DNA of 12,635 nt from Nitrospinota bacterium (GTDB lineage Bacteria; UBA8248), in contig JASLZZ010000089.1 in the NCBI GenBank assembly GCA_030754595.1, positions 1 to 12,635 of the forward strand, given 5' to 3'. Position numbers and translations under genes: made by a program. The notes under the pieces are model-generated. The model was not told the DNA's origin. It ran no database searches and saw only the letters and a program-made list of their open reading frames with translations. Below, piece after piece: positions 1 to 7,926 of this stretch. Position 1 is the first letter of the stretch. Every line of letters starts with the position of its first letter.

Positions 1-90
1 CGCAGGGACGCTCTGGCCCTGGGAAAGCAGCACTTCGGCTTCTCTCAGCCTGGATATGATCTGCTCAGGTGTATGACGCTTCTTGCTCAT
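1..90 (-). CDS. IS3-family transposase OrfA, N-terminus (partial; not in ORF track)
   Basis: Hand translation from ATG at 90 gives MSKKRHTPEQIISRLREAEVLLSQGQSVPA, matching the KR(H/F)TPEQII..LREAE start typical of IS3-family OrfA HTH domains. It runs off the window. Confidence 0.88.
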   Translation of the reverse strand, partial: MSKKRHTPEQIISRLREAEVLLSQGQSVPA

Positions 91-151
91 GCAAATCCCC
101 CCAGATTGGGCAGTCTCACTGAAAGAGTACCGAAAATCCTCTCATTCAGCA

Positions 152-177
152 TGGACCGGTTTTGGGGGGGCAGGTCA
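152..177 (-). repeat. Left terminal inverted repeat of the IS3-family element
   Basis: TGACCTGCCCCCCCAAAACCGGTCCA on the minus strand. The partner repeat lies outside the window, so the inner boundary is approximate. Confidence 0.7.
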
Positions 178-247
178 ATCGCGGAAAGAAATTTAAAAAG
201 GGGATGCATCGCGGGTCCTGCCTCGACGAGAGAAAATCCGGCGTTGG

Positions 248-1396
248 CTAGGATTTTCTCCGGAGGTTGATCCGCTTGTTCGAGAGCCCTTCTTTCGCGG
301 ATTCCTCTCCCTGCCGCCGGAATTGAACGAACTCGGCGACGATTGCAATTCCAATCTCGCCGGGTGAATCGGCGCCGATGTCGAGGCCAATCGGTGCATG
401 GACGCGGCTGATGATCTCGTCCATGTCGAAGCCCTTGTCTCGAAGGTGGCGGTAGGTGAGCAGGACCTTTCCCTTTGAACCAATCATCCCGATGTAGCGG
501 GCCGAGGTTTTGAGGGCCCACTCCAGGGCGACTTCGTCGTTGGCGTGGCCGCGGGTGATGATGGTGATGTAGTTCGATTCATCGACGGGAATCTCGTCGA
601 AAATCGCCGGATGCTCGCCGATATGGAACGACTCGGCCATCGGGAAGCGCTCTTTGTTCGCGAAGGTGGGTCTGTCCTCCACGACGGCGATCCGGAAGCC
701 GGCCATATGGGCGGCTTGGGCCACGCAATAGGAGACATGGCCGCCACCGAAGATGTAGACCAGCGGCTGAGCCGTGATTGGCTCGACGAATATCTCGGTC
801 GCCTCCCCGGGGTCCCGGCGCGGTTTGTCGGAGCCGGCGTCTTCTCCCCAGAAATGCATCAGCTGCGGCTGGCCCTGGCGCATGATCTGTGCGCTCTCGC
901 GCCAAACCTCGGCCGAGAAGGCGGGAATTTCGCCGAACGTATTTCCGTTCCGGGTCACCATTAATTTCTTTTTGGCGGCGGGGGCGGCTTGCCCGCTTCC
1001 GTCCTGAATCATGGTGGCTAGAACCGCGCTCTGCCCCCGGTTCCGGGTGCCGATAATTTCGGTGAGAAGATCCGGATCGTAGGCCTCGAAGGGCTCGATG
1101 AAGATTTCGACCGTTCCGCCGCAGATGTGGCCGCTGTCGCCTGCCTCGTCGGCGGTCAGATCGAAGGCGACTTTCTCCCCCGAGTCGCCGCTCATGACAT
1201 TCATGGCCGTTTCCCAGACTTCGGCCTCCAGGCAACCGCCGCCGATCGTCCCCATGGTGCTTCCGTCCTCGCGGACGAGCATCTTAGCGTCCCCGCTCAT
1301 GGGGGCGGACCCCTTCCTGGAGACGACGGTGGCGATGGCGCCCCGCTCTCCTTTTTCGATTCTCTCGGCCATTTCCTTAAAAACGTCCTTGCTCAT
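248..1396 (-). CDS. xdhC: XdhC/CoxI family molybdenum hydroxylase accessory (Moco insertion) protein, 382 aa
   Basis: N-terminal ATVVSRKGSAP...KMLV..DG...GTIGGGCLE, a CGG motif (GHICGG), a Rossmann-like IFGGGHVS segment, TRGHAND, YIGMIGS and the C-terminal HAPIGLDIGADSPGEIGIAIVAE. Confidence 0.92.
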   Translation of the reverse strand: MSKDVFKEMAERIEKGERGAIATVVSRKGSAPMSGDAKMLVREDGSTMGTIGGGCLEAEVWETAMNVMSGDSGEKVAFDLTADEAGDSGHICGGTVEIFIEPFEAYDPDLLTEIIGTRNRGQSAVLATMIQDGSGQAAPAAKKKLMVTRNGNTFGEIPAFSAEVWRESAQIMRQGQPQLMHFWGEDAGSDKPRRDPGEATEIFVEPITAQPLVYIFGGGHVSYCVAQAAHMAGFRIAVVEDRPTFANKERFPMAESFHIGEHPAIFDEIPVDESNYITIITRGHANDEVALEWALKTSARYIGMIGSKGKVLLTYRHLRDKGFDMDEIISRVHAPIGLDIGADSPGEIGIAIVAEFVQFRRQGEESAKEGLSNKRINLRRKS

Positions 1397-1469
1397 AATT
1401 TCGTTCTCGCCTTTGGTTCCCGCCGCGAGGGCCGCCCTGGGGCGAACTCTCCGGCAATGATTTGAATAA

Positions 1470-2285
1470 TTAAGGAGCCCGGTTCACCACTCTGAGGCCG
1501 GAGGGAAGGCATTCCGTGAAAAGAATTCCATCCGCCGGGCCGCCCGGGCTTAGCGTGGCTTTAGAAATAATATAACCGATTCGCTCAAGATTTTCCATCG
1601 AGTCTATTTTGTCGCATTTGTTCATGATGATGTACCTCCGGGCGCCGCCGGGGGCCCCCCGGAACAGCCCCTCGGGGTGCGCGGCGAGCCGGGCAACCGC
1701 GGCGGCGTCAATGGGCGCGCCAGCGGGAAGCCCGATCAACTCCGAGAGACGCCCGGGGCGGAAAACGTGGTCCTCATCGAGGGGCGAGCCCAGGGCGTCG
1801 AGGCCCACGACCCCGAGGACGATGTCCGTACCGGGCGGGATGACCGGCTCCTCGGGACCCGGTGCCTTGACAGGGAGGCCGCGCGAGCCATCCGCCTCGA
1901 CCAGGAGGGCGCCTTCGCTTCGGCGGAACTGTTCGATCTCCTCCGAGTCGAAACCCCTGAGCTTCATCTTGCGCTCATGGGGAGCGCCCGGAACGACGGT
2001 CTCGCCCACTCGGCGGCGGGCCAGCGTGACCGGCGCCGTCCAGGGTTGGCGGCCGGATATTCGGGCGGCAAGCCGCCCGGCCTCGCCGAGACAAAGATGG
2101 GTTTCCTCCGGAGGGGCGGGCGAGAAAATATGGGTTGTCGTCGAGAGGACGACCGGCCGCGCGCCGGCGGCGAAGCATTCCGCCCCGAGGGCGCGGAGAA
2201 GGCTGGTCTTTCCCCCGCCCCCCACGGCCGCGACCAACAGTCCGGGAGCCAGGCCAATCGCCCCGAATAGTTTTTCTTCGTTCAC
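1470..2285 (-). CDS. yqeC: Selenium-dependent hydroxylase accessory protein YqeC, 271 aa
   Basis: P-loop-like VGGGGKTSL, STTTHI, LVEADGSRGLPVKAP..EEPVIP, GVVGLDALG and NKCD. The GTG start overlaps the upstream TGA (GTGA). yqeB and xdhC are nearby. Confidence 0.9.
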   Translation of the reverse strand: MNEEKLFGAIGLAPGLLVAAVGGGGKTSLLRALGAECFAAGARPVVLSTTTHIFSPAPPEETHLCLGEAGRLAARISGRQPWTAPVTLARRRVGETVVPGAPHERKMKLRGFDSEEIEQFRRSEGALLVEADGSRGLPVKAPGPEEPVIPPGTDIVLGVVGLDALGSPLDEDHVFRPGRLSELIGLPAGAPIDAAAVARLAAHPEGLFRGAPGGARRYIIMNKCDKIDSMENLERIGYIISKATLSPGGPADGILFTECLPSGLRVVNRAP

Positions 2286-4054
2286 CAGGCCCGGGCTTCT
2301 TCGCCGGTCCCGAGCAGCTCGCGCCGGAGAATCTGAACGAGTTCCTCGGCCAACTGATCGAGATGCTTGACGACGATGTAGTTGGGATAGATTTGCTCGA
2401 CAAAGGGATCGACCACGCCGACGCCGACAATTCGGACGCCGAGTTTATCGAGGCGGTGGACCGTCTCCACTAAATGAGAGGCGTCGCCGTTGGGCTGGCC
2501 GTCCGAGGTGATGATGATGACCTTTTCGCTCTCCTCTCGGGCGATGAGGCGGCGGTAGGCGAACTGAAGGTGCTCCTCGTCCCAGTTGTTGAAGCGGGGG
2601 TAGATGTTCACGAGGCGATTCTTCACGCTCTGAAACGGATCGTCGAAAGCCTTGTAGATTCTGTGCTGGAGGGGCGAGTGGCGGATATGGCGGAACTTGA
2701 ACGCCGGCACATGGCCCAGCGAGGCGGCCATCGCCGCTTCCGAGCTCTCCGTCGAGTAGCCGATGACCTCGAAGGGAACTTCCACCCGGCCGAGCACTTC
2801 GGCGAAGAATACGGTCGCCTCCCGCGCGGCCAGGTACTTCGACTCGCGATTCATGCTGCCGCTCTCGTCCACGAGTAGGGTAAAGCAGATGTCGAGCCGA
2901 TCGGGCTCTTCTTTCCTCTGGAAGAGATGATATTTTCCGAGGCGCTGTTTCCAAAGCTTCGGGGCGTTGAGTTTCCCGGAGCGGAACGAGCCGCTATAGC
3001 GGGTGTACTGCCGCTCCTGGATGATTTGCATCAGTTTCCAGGCGAGGACCTTGATCTGGCTGCTCGCGCCGTCGACGATCGCCTGGTACTCCTCGGCCTT
3101 TCCTTCGGGCGGAATGAAAGTCGTCCCCTCGTCCGCGCGGCTCGCGGTGGGATGGACGTCCTTTTTATTTCCCTTCAACTCGAACCAGGGGCTCGCCCAG
3201 TGGCCGAGGGAGGCGAGCTCCTCCTCGCTGAGTTCGAGTTCCTCCTCGTCGAATCCGCCTTCCTCACCGGCGGGGTCGGTGGAGAAGAATTCGTCCACCT
3301 CATCGTCCGCGCCGTCGTTCTCCCGGCTCTCGGATTTTTGCGGCGCCTCCTCGGGGATGTCGGGGATGGGCATATCCTGTAGAGCCTGGGTGAGCATCTC
3401 CTCGGGCAGGCGCTCGCGGATGGCGGCGTAGAGATCCTCGGCGCACTCGAAAGCCTCGGCCGGACTCTCGGCCTGGCTGGCGCGAAGGGCGAACCGTCTG
3501 AAATCATCTAGAAAATCGAGGACGCCGGGTTCCATCCACGTCGTGTCGAAATTCGCGGGCGCCGGCGAGCGCGTTCCCGGTTCGATTCCCTGTCCTATCA
3601 GGTAGAGCCCCCACTGAATATGGAAGAAAAGAGAGAGCTCGCCCCGCGCGCTGAGGCGCTCGGCCTCGCCCAACGCGGGGCGGATGAATTCGATGAAGTT
3701 TTTCCGGGTCCCGGGCAGATCGGCGGCGAGGCGGTTCTCGCACCGGGCGTCCTCGAGGGCGTGCCAGATCTGAAAGAGGCCGGGGCGCTCCCGGCTGGCA
3801 AGGGCGGCCCGCCTCGCCCAGCGCAGGGAGCCCTCGATCCGGTGGGCGACCTCGATAAGCGTCATTCCCTTCTGGTAGCGGACGACATGCTCGTCGTCGA
3901 GACCCCCGCCGAGCCGCTCGAGGGTTCGTTCGGGGTCCTCGATGAGGATGGTGGATTTTTCCTGGTGCGCGATGTCGCCGTAGCGAAGGGAGAGGTCGTA
4001 GTCGTGCGAGGCGACTTGGGCCAGGACCTCGAGCCGGTTGCGGCGGCGCTCCAT
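2282..4054 (-). CDS. CobT/NorD/CbbO-like von Willebrand factor A domain protein (AAA+ adaptor), 590 aa
   Basis: N-terminal WHALEDARCE motif, a long acidic linker, the RSGKLN segment, MIDAS LLVDESGSM (DxSxS) and IITSDGQP. It lies directly downstream of a MoxR-type ATPase. Confidence 0.85.
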   Translation of the reverse strand: MERRRNRLEVLAQVASHDYDLSLRYGDIAHQEKSTILIEDPERTLERLGGGLDDEHVVRYQKGMTLIEVAHRIEGSLRWARRAALASRERPGLFQIWHALEDARCENRLAADLPGTRKNFIEFIRPALGEAERLSARGELSLFFHIQWGLYLIGQGIEPGTRSPAPANFDTTWMEPGVLDFLDDFRRFALRASQAESPAEAFECAEDLYAAIRERLPEEMLTQALQDMPIPDIPEEAPQKSESRENDGADDEVDEFFSTDPAGEEGGFDEEELELSEEELASLGHWASPWFELKGNKKDVHPTASRADEGTTFIPPEGKAEEYQAIVDGASSQIKVLAWKLMQIIQERQYTRYSGSFRSGKLNAPKLWKQRLGKYHLFQRKEEPDRLDICFTLLVDESGSMNRESKYLAAREATVFFAEVLGRVEVPFEVIGYSTESSEAAMAASLGHVPAFKFRHIRHSPLQHRIYKAFDDPFQSVKNRLVNIYPRFNNWDEEHLQFAYRRLIAREESEKVIIITSDGQPNGDASHLVETVHRLDKLGVRIVGVGVVDPFVEQIYPNYIVVKHLDQLAEELVQILRRELLGTGEEARAW

Positions 4055-4066
4055 CGGGGGGGCGCC

Positions 4067-4954
4067 CTAGAAGTGGTTGTCGAAGATGTCCTCGATCACC
4101 TTCGCGTCGAACGAGTTCACCTTGCTGAAGATGGTCGAGGCGGCGGCCTCCATCGGGTCGAACTGAGCCGCCATGCGCGCCCAGTCGATAAGCCGCCGGG
4201 TGCTGAACGTGGAATATATTTTTTCGTTCTTCATCGCCTCGCGCACGTCGTTCGCCACTCGGACCATCCGCTCGACGAGCGCCTGGTCGGTGTTCCCGCT
4301 CTGATGCATGGTCACCTCGACCTCGACCTCGAAGGGGAGGTATTCCATCTGCATGGTGACCGGGAAGCGGTCGAGGAGAGCCTCGTTGAGCGGTTTCGTC
4401 CCTCCGTAGCGCCGATTCTCGTGTGGGTTCATGCTGGCGAAGAGGCGGAAATTCGGATGGGGCCGGACGATTCTGCCGTCATACTCCGAGAGGACGATCA
4501 TCCGGTCGTCGTCGAGCAGGCTGTGGAGGCAAAAAGCGATCTCGGGGAGGCAGGCGTTGATCTCGTCGATGAGGAGCCAGTCGCCCGCCTCCATCGCCTC
4601 AATGAGGATCCCGTTCACCCAGTAGGTCCCTTGCTGGTTGATCATGAGCTTGCCGACGAACTCGTCTACCGTCGTCATGCCGTTGAGGTTGACCCGGCGG
4701 AACCCGTTGTTCGTCATGTGGGCCAAATGGCGCACCGTGAGCGTCTTGCCCACCCCGGTCTCGCCGACCAGGAGGACGGGGAGATTCTCGCTGACCGCCC
4801 AGGAAATCCGCTCCAGCGTGTCTCCGGCCGGAAGATAGAACTGGGGTCCGGGAACGAAGAGATTGTCATCGTTCTCCCGGTTGACTGGGATGGCGCTCCG
4901 CCCGATACGGTAGGCGCCTTTTTCTGTGGATTCGCTGACGATTTGGATGCTCAA
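4067..4954 (-). CDS. MoxR-clade AAA+ ATPase (CbbQ/NirQ/NorQ/CobS-like), 295 aa
   Basis: Walker A GETGVGKT, Walker B LLIDEIN, sensor-I ASMNP, YGGTKPLNEALLDRF with the arginine finger, and FSTRRL in a CbbQ-like C-terminal domain. The TTG start overlaps the yqeB stop (TTGA), with GGAG upstream. Confidence 0.9.
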   Translation of the reverse strand: MSIQIVSESTEKGAYRIGRSAIPVNRENDDNLFVPGPQFYLPAGDTLERISWAVSENLPVLLVGETGVGKTLTVRHLAHMTNNGFRRVNLNGMTTVDEFVGKLMINQQGTYWVNGILIEAMEAGDWLLIDEINACLPEIAFCLHSLLDDDRMIVLSEYDGRIVRPHPNFRLFASMNPHENRRYGGTKPLNEALLDRFPVTMQMEYLPFEVEVEVTMHQSGNTDQALVERMVRVANDVREAMKNEKIYSTFSTRRLIDWARMAAQFDPMEAAASTIFSKVNSFDAKVIEDIFDNHF

Positions 4955-5811
4955 TGCGTTTGCTCCGCGGTGGATTGTACTCCAAAAAGAAACATCATGA
5001 TGGCCTCGAGGACGCCGCCCCCGATGGCGCGCGATTTGTCGGAGATCGTGTGGCAGTGCGAGGGCTCGGCGCGCGGGTCCACATCGCCCACTTTGAAGCC
5101 CTCCGGGACATCGATGCCCTTCCTGAGGAGCCCTCTGAGCACCCCCTTGATCTCGGCCCGGAGTTCGGCGCCGCCGACCGTGGCCACGACCTCGTCCGCC
5201 TCGACCAGGTCGCCGATTGCCGCGCGCGGCTCGAAGACCCCGGCCGCCGGAGAGCGCAGGAGCCGTTCGGTCGTATATCCCCCGATAGGGCCCGGAATCC
5301 CGGTGTTGGGATCGGCCCCGCCCTCGATGATGACCCGGCCGATGTCGTGGCCCCGGGCGGTTTCGATGACGGCGTGGGAGTCCACCCCGGCGGTGAAGCC
5401 GGGTCCGATTCCGACGACGACTTCGGCCTGATCGATCCGGGTGCCGAGGTTGCGCTTGGCCATGATGGCGTCCACCAGCGCGGCCGGCCCGGCGAGCGCG
5501 ACGATCTCCGCCCCCGGATCGACGGCGACGGGAAGAACCCCATCACCCAGCAACGCTTTTGCCGAGGCGAGCATTTCCTCCGGCGATTTTCCTCCGGCCC
5601 GCGCCGCCACCACCCCTTCGACCTCGTGGCGGCCGGTGTAGAGGCATTCGGCGAAGGAGACCGTCCGCCGGACCATGGTCGGGTTTTCCGCCTCGGTGGC
5701 GATCACGGGAAATCCGCTCCGCCATAGGCGGTGGATGATCCCCGTAGCGAGGTCGCCGCCGCCCTTGACGATGACGAGGGTGTCGCTTAGGTTTCTCCCA
5801 GGGGCGTTCAT
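4951..5811 (-). CDS. yqeB: Selenium-dependent molybdenum hydroxylase system protein YqeB (EF2563 family), 286 aa
   Basis: IVKGGGDLATG, RRTVSFAE, DAIMAKRNLGT, GIGPGF, ETARGH, PNTGIPG, ERLLRSP, a lipoyl-like segment, KVGDVDPR and ISDKSRAIGGGVLEA. Confidence 0.92.
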   Translation of the reverse strand: MNAPGRNLSDTLVIVKGGGDLATGIIHRLWRSGFPVIATEAENPTMVRRTVSFAECLYTGRHEVEGVVAARAGGKSPEEMLASAKALLGDGVLPVAVDPGAEIVALAGPAALVDAIMAKRNLGTRIDQAEVVVGIGPGFTAGVDSHAVIETARGHDIGRVIIEGGADPNTGIPGPIGGYTTERLLRSPAAGVFEPRAAIGDLVEADEVVATVGGAELRAEIKGVLRGLLRKGIDVPEGFKVGDVDPRAEPSHCHTISDKSRAIGGGVLEAIMMFLFGVQSTAEQTH

Positions 5812-5817
5812 TGGCCG

Positions 5818-6213
5818 TTATTTATCCTCGATGAAGGCGACGGTGTCGATCTCGACGAGCCATTCGGGCCGGGCGAGACCACTGATGATTAAAAGCGTGC
5901 TCGCGGGGTAGGGCTTGCTCAATAGTCCGCTCCGCACTTTCATGTGTCCCGGAAAATCCCCCCGGTCGGTCAGGTAGACCGTGAGGCGGATGATGTCCTT
6001 CATCCCCCCGCCGGCGGCCTCGAGGGTCTCGCGGATGTTATCGAAGACCTTTTGGGTTTGTGCGCCGATGTCCCCCTCGCCGACCGTGTTGCCGCCGGTG
6101 TCCACCGCGACCATGCCCGCGAGCATGATCAGGCTCCCGCCCGAGACCTTGAAACCCGTGGAGTAGGCCGCGACGGGCTTGACCGTTTCGGGGACGATTT
6201 GCTCCTTGGGCAT
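5818..6213 (-). CDS. Rid (YjgF/YER057c/UK114) family protein, 131 aa
   Basis: AAYS, LAGMV, AQTQKVFDNI...LEAAG, LTVYL, YPAST and LVEIDTVA. AAGGAG RBS upstream. Confidence 0.88.
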   Translation of the reverse strand: MPKEQIVPETVKPVAAYSTGFKVSGGSLIMLAGMVAVDTGGNTVGEGDIGAQTQKVFDNIRETLEAAGGGMKDIIRLTVYLTDRGDFPGHMKVRSGLLSKPYPASTLLIISGLARPEWLVEIDTVAFIEDK

Positions 6214-6242
6214 CGGATATCTCCTTGATTAAAGGCCCTGTG

Positions 6243-6266
6243 AAAGCAAAACCGCCGGTGGGCGGC
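6243..6266 (-). terminator. Possible weak intrinsic terminator between the ACAD pair and the Rid gene
   Basis: Minus strand reads GCCGCC-CACC-GGCGGT followed by TTTGCTTT. The stem is short and the U tract is interrupted. Confidence 0.3.
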
Positions 6267-6333
6267 AGGAGGTGAATCTATCACGCCGGGGAAAGCGGAG
6301 GCAACGCGGGGGGGGGCGGCGTCCCGGTATCTG

Positions 6334-7506
6334 TTATGAGTCCAGCAGGTTGCGGGCGATGACGGAGCGCTGAATCTGGTTGGTTCCCTCGATGATCTGG
6401 AGCTGTTTGGCGTCGCGCATGAACCGCTCGAGCGGGTGATCCTTCATGTATCCGGCCCCGCCGAGAATCTGAACCCCGTCCAGGGCGGCCTTCATGGCGG
6501 CGTCCGAGGCGAAACACTTCGCCGCCGAGAAGTAGTGGACATCCTCCTTGCCGAAGCGGCCCGCGTCCACCAGCGCCGCTGCCCGGTAGACGAGCAGCCG
6601 CGCCGCCTCGATGTCCATGAACATGTCGGCGATCATGAACTGGACCGCCTGGTGCCGGGCGATGGGCGTCCCGAAGGCCTCGCGCTCCTTGGCGTAGGCC
6701 GAGGCGTAATCGAGGCAGCCCTGGGCGAGGCCCACCCCGCGCGCGCCGATCCCGGGCCGGGCCTGGTTGAATCCGAACATGGCGGTCCGGAAGCCCCGGT
6801 TCTCCTCGCCGATGATGTTTTCGGCCGGAATCCGGCAGTCGTCGAAAAAAAGCCCGCAGGTCGGTATTCCGCGCATCCCCATCTTGCGCTCGGGCGGTCC
6901 GATGGTGAGTCCGGGTGAGTCCCCGGGGACAATGAAAAGACTGATCCCCCGGACCCCTGCTCCGGGGTCGGTCTTCGCCGCGAAGACGATGAAATCGGCG
7001 TGGGGCGAACCCGTGCAAAAACTCTTTTGGCCGTTGATGACCCACTCGCCGCCCACGGGGGTGGCCCGCGTCCGCATGGCGGCGATGTCAGAGCCGGCGT
7101 GGGGCTCGGTGGTCGAGAACGACCCGCGTAACTCGCCCGAGGCGACGCCGGAGAGGAGTCTTTGCTTTTGTTCTCTACTGCCGGCGATTACGACCGGACG
7201 GGTGGCGAGCAGGAAGACGGAAAGAAACAGCGGGCTGTTCGAGCAGACCCGCGCGATCTCCTCGATGGCGATGCAGGCGCCGAGAACACCCATCCCCGCG
7301 CCGCCGTATTCCTCGGGCAAATAGATGCCGAGGAGGACCTGGTCTTTCATCAGCGCGAAAATGTCCTCGGGGTACTCTTCGGTCTCGTCGATATCCGCCG
7401 CGCGCGGGGCGATGTGGCGCTCGGCCAGCCCGCGCACGCTCTCCCTCAGCAGATGGTGCGCCCCGGTGAGCGCGAAGGGCATGGCGGCATCGACGGCGAG
7501 GGTCAT
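6334..7506 (-). CDS. Acyl-CoA dehydrogenase (paralog 2), 390 aa
   Basis: Start reassigned to ATG 7506 (MTLAVDAAMPF) because it aligns without gaps to paralog 1. Motifs: PEEYGGAG, TTEPHAGSD, INGQKSF, KMGMRG, REAFG, QILGGAGY, RDAK and IIEGTNQIQR (catalytic Glu position). Confidence 0.92.
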   Translation of the reverse strand: MTLAVDAAMPFALTGAHHLLRESVRGLAERHIAPRAADIDETEEYPEDIFALMKDQVLLGIYLPEEYGGAGMGVLGACIAIEEIARVCSNSPLFLSVFLLATRPVVIAGSREQKQRLLSGVASGELRGSFSTTEPHAGSDIAAMRTRATPVGGEWVINGQKSFCTGSPHADFIVFAAKTDPGAGVRGISLFIVPGDSPGLTIGPPERKMGMRGIPTCGLFFDDCRIPAENIIGEENRGFRTAMFGFNQARPGIGARGVGLAQGCLDYASAYAKEREAFGTPIARHQAVQFMIADMFMDIEAARLLVYRAAALVDAGRFGKEDVHYFSAAKCFASDAAMKAALDGVQILGGAGYMKDHPLERFMRDAKQLQIIEGTNQIQRSVIARNLLDS

Positions 7507-7926
7507 GGCGAAAATTTCCGGGTTTAGAGGTCGAGCAAATTCCGGGCGATGATCATGCGCTGAATCTGGCTGGTGCCCTCGACGATCTGAATCTGCTTGG
7601 CGTCGCGCATGAACCGCTCGAGCGGGTGATCTTTCATGTAGCCCGCCCCGCCGAGAATCTGAACGCCGTCCACGGCGGCCTTCATCGCCATGTCGGCGGC
7701 GAAGGTCTTGGCGGTGGAGAAATAGCGGGCGTTTTCCTTGCCAATCTTCCCGGCGTCCACCAGCGCCGCCGCCCGGTAGACGAGCAGCCGCGCCGCCTCG
7801 ATGTCCATGAACATGTCGGCGAGCATGAACTGGACCGCCTGGTGCTGGGAGATGGGCACCCCGAAGGCCTCGCGCTCCTTGGCGTAGGCCGAGGCGTAAT
7901 CGAGGCAGCCCTGGGCGAGGCCCACC
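6563..7926. repeat. Near-identical direct repeat shared by the ACAD paralogs (6563-6736 and 7753-7926)
   Basis: Hand alignment at offset 1190 gives 174 nt with 6 mismatches, including a 67-nt perfect run (6670-6736). Confidence 0.9.

Larger units (their letters stand above)
1..177 (-). mobile_element. IS3-family insertion sequence (IS407-like), left end; truncated by the window edge
   Basis: The minus strand from 177 reads TGACCTGCCCCCCCAAAACCGGTCCA, a 5'-TG terminal inverted repeat of the IS3/IS407 type. It is followed by a GGGGGA RBS and an OrfA-like ORF starting at 90. Confidence 0.85.

Noticed and set aside
87..521. Short track ORFs at the window ends (73..270, 87..521, 12400..12582, 12438..12623)
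   Set aside because: They overlap xdhC or the IS elements in the wrong frame or strand. The real coding frames are the partial transposases.
2282..4954. Naming the pair cobS/cobT, norQ/norD or coxD/coxE
   Set aside because: No cognate client gene is in the window, and motifs alone cannot establish orthology.
3620..5431. 603-aa plus-strand ORF and other long antisense ORFs (7626..8714, 8844..10031)
   Set aside because: They are antisense shadows of well-supported genes in GC-rich DNA and show no recognisable motifs.
248..5811. Selenocysteine (in-frame TGA) recoding in the Se-related cluster
   Set aside because: All ORFs are full length. The TGA stops of yqeB and the VWA gene are explained by start/stop overlaps, and the other genes end in TAA or TAG.
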